From the NCBI RefSeq assembly GCF_004010195.1, contig NC_057751.1:7454446-7518445 (forward strand): DNA of 64,000 nt. Direction: 5' to 3'. The translations under genes were made by a program, and so were the position numbers. Origin of the DNA: Chiloscyllium plagiosum. Its lineage: Eukaryota. The notes beneath the pieces were generated by a model. It ran no database searches, was not told where the DNA came from, and was given only the letters and a program-made list of their open reading frames with translations. Of this stretch, positions 53,611 through 64,000 are shown piece by piece. The number at the start of each line of letters is the position of its first letter. Position 1 is the first letter of the stretch.

Positions 53611-56600
53611 ACTTAGCTGGGTTTTTGTCTGATGCTGTGGGACAGTAGTACTAACCACTGAGCCATGCAACGATCTCCCCCCACGCCACATGTCCTTATC
53701 CCCAGCAGGGATACAAATCTTTGTACATTCTTGCACTGCAGAGTTTCCTGTCAAATTAGCTTTTAGGAGGAAAAGTTGAGAGCATACAGGAATTCCAACA
53801 GCATCTTTTAGGGAACAAATGATTATATTCACTTTGCTATTAATGCTTTACAATATCTATTGCTTGCAACTTGTAGGTCCGTAATAGAAGTGATGGACAT
53901 TACATTGTATTGATGATTATCCTGACTTCTGGATGCAGCAAAACAAGGATAGTTGATCATCGCATGGAAGTACTTTTGCAAACACTACGCTGGGAGAAAA
54001 TGACCAGCTGTTTGAGCACACGTGACTGTTAGAAAGAAAAGCCAGCACGATTGTTCAATCCAATTGCATTTGATGAACTTATTTGGGTCGATGAAGAGAT
54101 AGCTAGTGATCTGAAGCATACACATTTCTTTTCCATGTCAACAAAGGACAATGTGTGATAAGGAGAGCAGGCGACTTTCGTGAAACACACAAGATTCTGA
54201 AATCAAGGCATTACCTGACTAAATGTTTGCCCAGTTATGATAAAGATGAGCAGGAATTTCTTCCAAAGGCAGTGAATCTGTAAATTAGTTGACTTCAGAG
54301 AGCCACAGAGCTGTGCAGCAAAGTGTATTCAAGGCAGCTGCAGACAGGTTTTTAAAAATCTCGAAAAAAAACCAAGGATTATTGGGAACACAGCAGAATG
54401 GAATAGAGGACGATCAGGTCAACCTGGTCTCACTCAACAGCAATGAAGACACAAGGGGCAAATTCCAGGCTTCTACATCTAAAGTTTTCAGTGTCTGATG
54501 AATAGGATTTTTTAAAAATCAACTCCAACAGTGCCTTCAACTGTCCAAAAGTAAACCAGGTTTGCATTCAATCTCTCCATTCAAGATAGAAGCTTCATTG
54601 ATCATATCAAAATTGAAATTTAACTGTTGTTAACAGCCACTTGATTCATTCATTTGTTAGAATTTAAGAGAATTTAGTTTTATGATTAGAATTCATTGGT
54701 ATTCAAAAACCTTAAACTATTTTCAAGGCTGTACACAAGTCAGCCCCGCATTCAGGGCATTTTATTTACTTTGCATATTCTGGACTTCGAATTAAGGGTA
54801 CTTCAAATCTTGGAGATTTCTAAGACTATATTATAAATTTTACTTTGGCATCATTGTCACTCGATCACAATCCTGAAATTCCCTCTGTAAGGGCCTATCG
54901 GTCAACTTCCAGTGCACGGCCTGCAGCTTTCAACACCAACTTCTCAAGGAGAATGAGGGGGGCAATAAAGGCTAGCCAACCAATGCCTCCCATGTGTGCA
55001 CAAAACAGATTTTTTTTTGTTTTTTTTATTACAGTCTATTCAGTAACCAACACTGCCAGTCAGTCAGCTAAGATTTTTTTTTAAACAGTTCTCACTGGTC
55101 AGAGCAGTGAAGGATTTGAAAATATCATTCAGTGATCTCCTCATGCTCTCAAAGCCTTGGTGCCATTCAGCCTTCTAACTTTGGCTAATTTTCTTCTGAC
55201 CAAGCCTTCATTCACCATATTAATATGTCTGCCTGTCCTTTATGGCAGTTCTTCAGTGATTGTTTTGTACAGTGCTCTGGAATGTTTATGTGGTTAAGAC
55301 AGCTATATAAATAAGCCTTGTTTTAATGTTATTTCTGTTTAAAAGTCGATTGACTTCAAATGCACCAAAGTCAGTCAATTCATTTCAGCTACTCAAGAGA
55401 GTGGAAGTTTGTGCCACAGCTCGGAAGATGCAAAGCATGCGGTTGTGAAAAAAAACAAGAATTATACTAGCGTGGGTTATTGTTGAGATCAACTTTTAAG
55501 TTACCTTTCCAATTGGATCAATTTGGCTCTTGAACAAGGAAACCAACAGTTGGACCATGAATCATCTTCAAATATCACTAATAGTCTTCCAAACATGCTG
55601 AACTTAAAAGTCTCCATCTTCTTGCAGTTGACAGACAGTGTGCAAACTTTGAACAATCCAAAGGCCAATGAGGAAGTGAAGGAAGGAGATGGGGGGGGGG
55701 GGGGGGAGAGCAGCAAAGTGCTCAAATACCAGTGGATGTCCCTCTGCCTGTGCATGGGTCTACCTCTTTTGTTTGGTATATTGGGAGCAGAAAATGAGGC
55801 AGGCAGGTATCAATGAAATACCTGCATTGCCAAATGTAGTCTGAGACTCGGAGACAGAAGCCCATCAGTTCGTTGTAATTGTTAGAATTGACAGGAAGAC
55901 TAAGAGGCAGTTGTTGCCACAGAAAAGCCACTTCACAGCAGACACTGTTGCTGAATGTGATTTGAATCTTGTCCAATCATTTAGGACCAGATTTACAGGA
56001 TAAATCTTACAAATGTATGTCACTTGGACTTCATGAAGCAAGGCTGACATTCAGACTGAGAAACAGGGTTGGATGAGAAACAAAAACAATTTGCTGGACA
56101 GTTCAGCAGCAAAATCAAAATTAATATTTTGTGTCGAGTGACCCATCCTCAGAACACACTGCATTGAATGATAGGGTGTTTTACTAAAGACATGCCAAAT
56201 GTGATAGTGGTGATTTATTTGCCAATGTTGGTACTGGCAAATGGTATTATCATGAGAAATAAAGGGTGGAATGTAGGTTATGCATATTTTAATAGTGAGC
56301 AAGAGCACTTCAGAGCAGTGTTTAGATAGCTCATGATCACATCGTCAGAGTTAAAATAGCTTAAATGCCAAATGTGTAGCTCAGCTTGAGCCAGTGCAAG
56401 GGAGCAGAACAAAAAAAAAAGGTATGCAACTGCATCACTATTGGATGCAAAACACAGTAGCTTGGGTCTGATAAGTATTTGCTTTGAGAAACTTAAAAAC
56501 TGAGTGTTGAACAAAGCAGAGTTACAAATCAGATGGTGTGAGGGCCAACAGAAATGGTGACGCTGAATTCACGGTGCGTAAACTGAGTGTAGAATTTGAT

Positions 56601-59078
56601 GTACTTTTTAATTTAATTGCAAAGATGAGATTAAGGGAGTTCAGGATATATCATTTGAAGGATGCCATGTTTCTTGCTACAATGGTCATACAATTGAGGA
56701 CAGTTGAACAAATAAGGCTGAGATTATATGTTGCCTTTCACAAATATTCAGGAATGCTTTCCAATCTTTTGAAATAAACATTAATAATAACAGTTGCTAT
56801 TCATTGGCTTGGCCATTTGAACTGTACTTATCCCATCACCCTCCAGAAGTCATGGTGTTTCAAAGCTGGTGTTTGCAACCTGGATGTGGTAGGTTATGTC
56901 ATGTAATTGATCATACAGTCAACTGGAGAAGCAAATTTATCTTCTCCCATATTTCCACTGACTTCTTACAATGCAAACATTTCAAGCTTGGCATGTGCAC
57001 ACACCAAGTTAAGCATATAATTAGCTTGCTAGGTGGAGTTCTATATTTGGAATGAGCAAACTATTTAAACTGGGCTTCACAAACTTTTAACTAAGCACTA
57101 TCTGCAGTATGTTTGGGGTGTAAAGTCTGGTCTCATGGCAGTGTTGCGGGAATATTATTAACTAAGTGACTAGGCTGACATGTTTTGGAGTTCATCAAGT
57201 TTGTTGACTGTAGGATTGCTTATCTTGCATTCGTGCTTAGGGATCCATATTCTGACATGTTAAGAATAATAGCTCCAAGTTTTGTTCCATCTGCTGTCAA
57301 ACCAACAGAACATCATGCAGGAAAGGAGAGAGACACAACAGTCAATTCACTGTTATTTAGTCCCTTCATTTGTCTCAGTTAAAAATGGACTGAGTCCCAT
57401 GTTGTTGACAATTTTATTACACAGAAAAAGGAGTTAAAATTGCAGTTTAAGGTGAGCAAGACACTTATTAATGGTGGAGATTCTTAGTTTGCAAATGTGC
57501 ACTTAAGACATTTTGGAGAATACGGTGGTATGTTTATCCAGCTGACAGTTCTGAAGGTTATTGTATCATGTTCAAACCATTTGCATCGTGCATCAAACTC
57601 TAACAATGACTTGGTGATCAACAGTAAACCACACAAGGTACTTCACAGGAGCTTTGTAAATCCATGTCAGAAAATATTTGGTCAGATGGTGAAATGTTTT
57701 ATCTAAGAGAACTTAGAGGATTTCTTCAAGACATGGGGGTATTCTTGAGTTTAGTGTTTCCACCAATCGTAGGCAATGCTTGTTCAAATGACCGAACTCT
57801 GATTTAGAAGACAGTTGACATTCTGCAGGGTTGCCATACTGGACAAGGACAGCTGTTTGAAACACAGTCTGAAGCAATATTCAAGCGAGGTTTTTTTAAA
57901 AATAAAGAAAAGAGATTTACGACTGGCAGCCACTGTGCATACAGGTGATAAGATAACCTAACTTAAGACAAGTGAAGATAACGTTGTCTGGTCTCACTAC
58001 ACCTCAAATGCTCTTCTCTCAATGGCACGGGGAGGGTGGGGGGCACATGCGCTAGAGGGACGCACAGACAGACACTGGTGATGTTTTCATATGTGAATCA
58101 CCACATCTCATACAAAAGGTGAAGAGGTTGAGGAGGAAATTCCTTCATGATAAACTAAACCAATTCAATAATTTAACCTATACTGTCGATGTTACTCGGC
58201 ATTACAACCTGCTTCCACAGTGTAGGGAATTCTAAGACTCAATTTGTTAAATTCAAAAAATCTCCATGGAGATGGTGGCCATGAAAATCTGCGATCCGTG
58301 CTGGCTAAATTAACAATTCTACCACAGATTTGTCAAGTTCTTCTGAAAATGGCACAACAGAACCAGGTGTGGCTGCATGCACATTTCACCTCAGACAACA
58401 ACCTTGAGGAGCTAAATGATCGATTTTTAACACGTGGTCACAACTTATAACAAAAGCCTGTCATTTTCACCCTTGCAAACATTGTTTCAACATGGCTGTA
58501 ATGGGACTCACACCACAGGATCTCAGGTCTGGCGCTGTGAACATTTCAAAAACGTTTTGAAATCACCAATGAATCAAATCAGACTTTAAGGTGCCTGACA
58601 GTTCAGGATCCAGCAACAGGACATAGAAGCCACTTGATCAGTAACCCGAAAGACTGGATTTTGGATCCAAATATTTGGTGTGCCTCCACTGCAACTGTCG
58701 CGTGGTGGTGGTTTCAAATACAGTTCTTTAAAAACAAAAAATAATGGTTCACAAAAGGGCCAGGAAACCCCAAAGGTGAAGGGAAAAGGTTGGGTTTTTA
58801 AAAAGCTCATCTGTGCACTCATGTAATTGAGAGCAAAGTGAAAACTTGAAGGAGACATCTCTTAACCACAGGGAAACAACAGGGGTTGCAAAGAGTTCAG
58901 CCCCACAAGAGAAACTGGGTGTCAAAAAGCAGCAACTTTACAAAGACTTGATCCCAAGTTCTTAGAGACACTCCAAGAGGCTTGCAACTCGATTCCAGGT
59001 TTGGCCATCTACACCTCGTGATCCCAAACAGCTTAACTTGTAACCCCTGTGTGTCTTGCAAAGCTGAGATAAATGACA

Positions 59079-59160
59079 GTTAAAACTCACAACACCAGGT
59101 TCAAGTCCAACAGGTTTATTTGGAAGCACTTCCAATCCAACAGAGACATCTCCAAGTCAT
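59079..59160. mobile_element. Penelope-like family B fragment
   Basis: gttaaaactcacaacaccaggttcaagtccaacaggtttatttggaagcac matches the 34941-34993 arm. Confidence 0.65.
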
Positions 59161-59379
59161 AAATGACACAAATTGGTCAGCTGCTCTAAAACGATTGAAT
59201 AAAAAAAAAGACACTCAAGGATGAGGACAACCAAAGCCAGGCAAGCTTTCTGAGAAGTATCAAAGAATCCAGTAGGCAACGAAAGGGAACGATTTCGACA
59301 AAAAAAAAAGGAAAGCAAACGTTACTTCATCTGTGCAACGACTACAAACACGCCCCAGCCCCGGCTGCAAACCCAGACT

Positions 59380-60220
59380 TCCAAGGAACAAAATTTAAAA
59401 AAAGTTGCGGAAGAAACGCAGAGGAGACGGGGGGGGGGGGGTAACGCCAGTGGAGGCCGGGAAGGAGAAAAAGAAACCACAGCAACAGAGCAGACACTCA
59501 CACGACCAGCCTGGAGATGAGCCACGACACCATGTTGGCAAGAAGCTCGCCCTCCGAACGTTCAGGAATTCAAACCGCCGCCGACCGTTGGCGGGCCGCA
59601 CGCGCAGTTGCGCCGGGGCTTCCGGAAGAGTCTAAATGCTTCCCCCCCACCACCACCTCCCCACCGCGTGCGCTGTCCCTCGCCGCTCCGCTTCGAGCGT
59701 GACCGGGGACAGAGGATGATCCCGACCGGTCTGCTGCTCCTCTCTTCTCTTCTCTTCTCAGCCGGTTGGTCCGCTCGCTATTACCCGTCTCCGCGCTCGG
59801 TTCGCCTTCTCTTGTGAGTTGAACTGCCCTCGGCGGATGTTTCACTGTTTCGCCCCGCCCCCCGCGCTGTCGTTTGGTGGATTGGAGGACGTAGCAACGA
59901 AGGTAAACGTCTCTTCCTCCGTTTTCCCGACTCTTTTAAATTGCAGAGGGAGGGGAGGAGGTGTGGGGGCTGTACCTCCGTGCGACTTTCTACCTCTCCT
60001 CACCGAGGTAACAAGGGGCCCTCTATCCAGTCCGCTTTCTCCAACCGAGGGTTGGGCGGGGGGGCGGCCTCTAACCGGTCCGCTTTCGTCGCACGGATGC
60101 CTCGGTCTACGCGTGCGCCCACCTCCGGCCAGGTCTCCTCCGAGGCTTTCTGGCTTTGGTCGGGATGCCACTGCGCCTGCGCTTGTGACCTGCAGCCAGG
60201 TTTGTTGCGTCTGCGCAGGT
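59380..60220. promoter_or_regulatory. CpG island / REEP promoter and 5' UTR
   Basis: The only CpG- and GC-rich stretch in the window; spans the REEP ATG; GC box ccccgccccc near 59852 and ATTGG (CCAAT on -) at 59881. Confidence 0.85.
59502..59533 (-). CDS. REEP4: REEP (receptor expression-enhancing protein, REEP4-like) exon 1
   Basis: Kozak gccaacATGG; MVSWLISRLVV then GTGAGT donor; 32-nt first coding exon. Confidence 0.9.
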
Positions 60221-61149
60221 GAACACTGTTCAGTAATGGTCATGGCCATTTTACTTTTGCATGAGTGTGGACCTACAAAGATGCACCTGATCTCCTCCAC
60301 GATTTGAGTTGTTCAGGGACAGGTGGGCACTGCAGGGAGTGGAGTGCATTATTTTTCCCCTCCAACTCTATTTTGATTTAATCCCTGACCTCCCCTTCAG
60401 TGTTTGATCATGCAGCATTGCCCTTTGATGTAAAGGGCACTTCTTGTCACTGGTCACTTGGGTGTTTCTTTTCTTCCTGGTGGTGGAAACTGAATAAAGA
60501 TTTGTGCACTCGAAACATCAGCTCTTTTCTCTCCTTACAGATGCTGTCAGACCTGCTGAGATTTTCCAGCATTTTCTCTTTTGGTTTGTGCACCTTGTGT
60601 CTTACACTTGCACACACACATGAGTGCTGGGGAATATATAAGCACCACCGCAGTAAGGCGGCAGTGTGGGGAAAGAAGAAGAAAAAAGAACAGGAGTTAA
60701 AAAAACGAAAAACAAAATTGAAGTATCCAACATCCTGACAAAAAAAAGAGAGAACTGGGGAAGTATTTGGCACTTTACTGAATCAGAGAAAGAGTGAGAA
60801 AACAGGAGGAGGCCCTTCAGCTCCTCTTCTCTGCATTGGCCTTTCCAATAGATCCCTTACTGAGCTACCCACCTGATACCATTTGTAAGCCTGCTCCTTA
60901 TAGCCCAAAAAGGCAGAATGGGCAGGTATAATAATCCAATTCTTGCCAGCCGATTCACTGCCACATTGTGTTTAGCGACAAAAAAAACTGCAGATGCTGG
61001 AATCCAAACTGGACAAATTCTGAAGGGTTAACACCCAAATGTCACCTTCACCTCCTTATGCTGCCTGGCTTGCTGTGTTCTTCCAGCCTCCTGCCTGTCT
61101 ACATTGTGTTTAAGTAGCTTTTTTAAGTGCTGGTGATGTGCTAACGGGC

Positions 61150-61362
61150 ATGATGTGAAGATGCTGGTGTGGGAATGGGGGTGGACAAAGTCAGACCACA
61201 AGGTTATGCTCCGGCAGGTTTATGTAAAATCACAAGCTCTCAGAGCATAGCTCCATGGTCAGGTGAAGTGTCATTGTTCACTTCACCTGATGAAGGAGCG
61301 GTGCTTCAAAAGCTTATGATTTTAAATAAACCTGTTGGACTAGAATCTAGTGTCATGTGACT
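61150..61362. mobile_element. Penelope-like family B foldback element, diverged
   Basis: Inverted arms around caggtgaagtg...cacttcacctg; CTGATGAAGGAGC core at 61287. Confidence 0.7.
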
Positions 61363-61558
61363 CATGACTTTATACTCATATTTTACTCAGTATTCAGAAT
61401 CCAAGCATTCAAAGTCAAACACTAGCTTGTGGAATTTAAAGTCAGTCAAAAATATGGGATTTAAATCTATTCTCAAATGATGGTGACCGTGACTGTGAAA
61501 AGTTCTCACAGCACAACAAGAGGCCCTTTGTATCCACGCCAGTCATGAAAATAATCAT

Positions 61559-61778
61559 TAGGAGAAAGTGAGGACTGCAGATGCTAGAGATCAGAGTCGA
61601 GCGAGTGGTGCTGGAAAAGCACTGCCAGTCAGGCAGCATCTGAGGAGCAGGAGAATTGATGTTTCGGGCATAGACCCTTCATCCTCATTCCTGATGAAGG
61701 ACTTATGCCCAAAATGTCGATTCTCCTGCTCTTCAGATGCTGCCTAACTGGCTGTGCTTTTCTAGCACCACACTCTTG
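61559..61778. mobile_element. Penelope-like family A foldback element
   Basis: Inverted arms about 61602-61683 and 61693-61776; core CTGATGAAGG at 61691. Confidence 0.78.
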
Positions 61779-61829
61779 GCACATGAAATAATCATTGATG
61801 CTTAATCCATTTTCTGGCACTTTGGCTCA

Positions 61830-63960
61830 CAGCCATTTACAAGGACATTTCAAGTACTCATCTCAATACTTCTTAAATGTCTGTAGGATTCCAGTACACC
61901 CACACCCTCTGGGTGAAAATATGTTTCCTCAAATGCCCTCTAAACCTTCTGCTCTTTCCGTTAAGACTGTGCCCCCTGGTTATTTACCTCACGACTGAAG
62001 GGAAAGCTATCTCTCTACTGACCCTCTCTGTGCCTCTCAGAGCTTTATACACCTCTTCTACACTCTGTCGTGGGATCACATCCCTCCTGCAGTCTGGTAG
62101 TCAGAACTGTACCCAGTACTCCAGTTGTGGCCTAATTAAGCAGCATTATCATAACTTCTTTGCTCTGATATCGATTGCTTTGACTAATAAAAGCAAGTGT
62201 CCATTACAGCTTCTTTATCACTTTATTCACCTGACTTGCTGCCTACAAGGACCCATGGACATGCACACCAAGGTCTTTCCGATCCTCTCTACTTCCATTT
62301 CATGTCCTTCCATTTAATGTATATAGTACTCCCTTGTCAAGTGCACATTCATTTTTCTTAGTATGTGCTATTAGTGTTTTTTTTCACATCTCTTCATTCT
62401 CCTCATCCATCACTTTCTATACTCAAGGAAAGTATCTGGTGTTCTGAACCTTTGGAATCTACCCGAAGTTACTTCCCTTTCCTCGTCCAATCTTGTACAG
62501 TTATTGTCATCCAGAGTTCTCTGGACATATTGGACTCAACCTTCATCTTTACAGGAAGTTGTTGGCCCTGTATTCTCACTGTTACCCTTTAGAATGTGAT
62601 CCATAGCTCTGATATGGATTTTTCTGCAAGTAGCTGTTTCCAGTCCACTTTGGCCAGACCCTTGTCTTCATCTGATTAAAATCAGCCTTCCTCAATTCAG
62701 AACCTTGACTTCCAGTCCAGTTTTCTCCTTATCCATAATTACACTCAATCTTGCTGTCACTGAAATGCTCCTACATGACCAAATCTCCTACTTGGCTGGC
62801 CTCGTTTTCTAAAATTAGATTCAGCATCTTCCCCTCTTTTGTATGTCCAACGTGCTAACTGAAAAAGTTCTTGTGGATGCATTTCAAGAATTCCACACTA
62901 TTATCACCACTTTCATTTTTAGACCTCCCCATGATTTGCCCTCATACTTGTCTTTGCATCTCTCCCTGATTGCTTAGTGTTCTACCTAACACCCCAGCAA
63001 AGTGATATGTCTCCAGTTTGTTCTTATGTTCTGCCGACATGGCCTCATTTGAAGAATCTTGTAAGATATCATTCTTCCATCCTGCTGTTGCCTGTCTTGC
63101 CTGTTCCCCAACCTGCTTTCATACAGCATTGATACCATTTCCCCATGCGCTAATCAACACCCTCACTCACCCTAATCTGCCTTACTTGCAACATGCATTG
63201 AATTAAAATAAATACCATGCAACCTTGCCATGCTCCCTGTACCTTAACGTGACTATACTTAAACTGCCTTCCAGACTAACTTGGTTATTCTTCTATATTT
63301 GTCCATACATCACCCATTTTGTACCTCCACTTTGCATCCCATGCCTTGGCCAAATTAGTTGAAACCTCCAACAACTGCACGAGCAACCTCCCTGCAAGAA
63401 TGTTGGCTCCATTCTGATTCTGACTTGGACAGGTTCCACATTGCCCAAAAATAAAGCTGGTTATTCAACCTTTCAGTCATAAATGTGTCCATTTCATCCA
63501 CCTATTCCTCTCCTCAAGCGCATGTGGTCCGGGTACTATGCAGACATTAAAATCTGCAACTGTCTCACTCTCTCAAACATTCTTCTAGGACTTCATCCTT
63601 CTTTTTGTCCATGTTGTTGGTCTCAATGTCAACCTTGATCTCCAAATGGTCACTTTCCCTCTTCAGAATGTCCTGCAGGTATTCAGTAATATCTTTCACC
63701 TTTGCCCCAGGGAGGCAACAACTGGAGTGACATCTGCAGCCACCAAAACACCTGACTATACACTTCACTATTGAATCTCCGACCACTTGTTCCCCCTTTC
63801 CTGATTCCACCATGTACAGCTGAAGTCTCTCTGCAGCCCCCAGAGAAACCAATGCAATCTGGGCTTTACTTACTACCTGACTGTCACCCTTCTTCCGACT
63901 GACGGTCACACGTTCCCTCTCTGACTGCATTTCTTTAAGCTGCACCATCATTATGTCAGG
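61830..63960 (-). mobile_element. Degenerate CR1-like LINE including an ORF1 esterase (SGNH-like) remnant
   Basis: 3' region similar to the other LINEs; ORF 63565-63951 has VVGDSIV...CCLPGAKVKDI, typical of CR1 ORF1 esterase domains. Confidence 0.7.
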
Positions 63961-64000
63961 AAATCTACTATCAGCGTTATTGTTGATGCACTGGTCTGCC

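Noticed and set aside
55688..55706. Poly-G runs (also about 59429-59441) as functional G-quadruplexes
   Set aside because: Simple homopolymers, prone to sequencing length error; no further support.
59322..60307. Several long overlapping ORFs on both strands
   Set aside because: Expected from stop-codon scarcity in a GC-rich CpG island; only the 32-nt REEP exon 1 has family similarity.
60210..60410. Possible divergent + strand transcript (cag|gtgaac donor, ttcag acceptor at 60400)
   Set aside because: Weak splice signals and no coding or other support.
1..64000. CRISPR arrays, operons or prokaryotic defence systems
   Set aside because: Spliced vertebrate genes and retroelements account for the structure; no regularly spaced direct repeats were seen.

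Overview
Eukaryotic vertebrate DNA. The HE1-type SINEs, CR1/HER1-type LINEs and Penelope relics point to a cartilaginous fish, probably a shark (inference). Two convergent spliced genes are present. (1) The last 8 coding exons of a class-4 semaphorin, most like SEMA4C, lie on the + strand (318-16068), with a 3' UTR to a poly(A) signal near 18333. (2) A complete 8-exon REEP1-4 family gene, most like REEP4, lies on the - strand (59533-31529; 828 nt CDS, 275 aa), with a CpG-island promoter and one GC-AG intron. The rest is intronic or intergenic DNA with many retroelements. The most unusual structure is a set of Penelope-like-element (PLE) foldback hairpins from at least two families carrying minimal type-I hammerhead-ribozyme motifs. 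These include a 97/99-bp near-perfect hairpin in REEP intron 5 and a larger inverted Penelope relic with GIY-YIG remnants. Three SINEs nest in one LINE, one splitting the RT FADD codons. Hammerheads in PLEs are a known phenomenon, and I found no clearly novel protein-coding system. Exon coordinates were read by hand; repeat boundaries are approximate.
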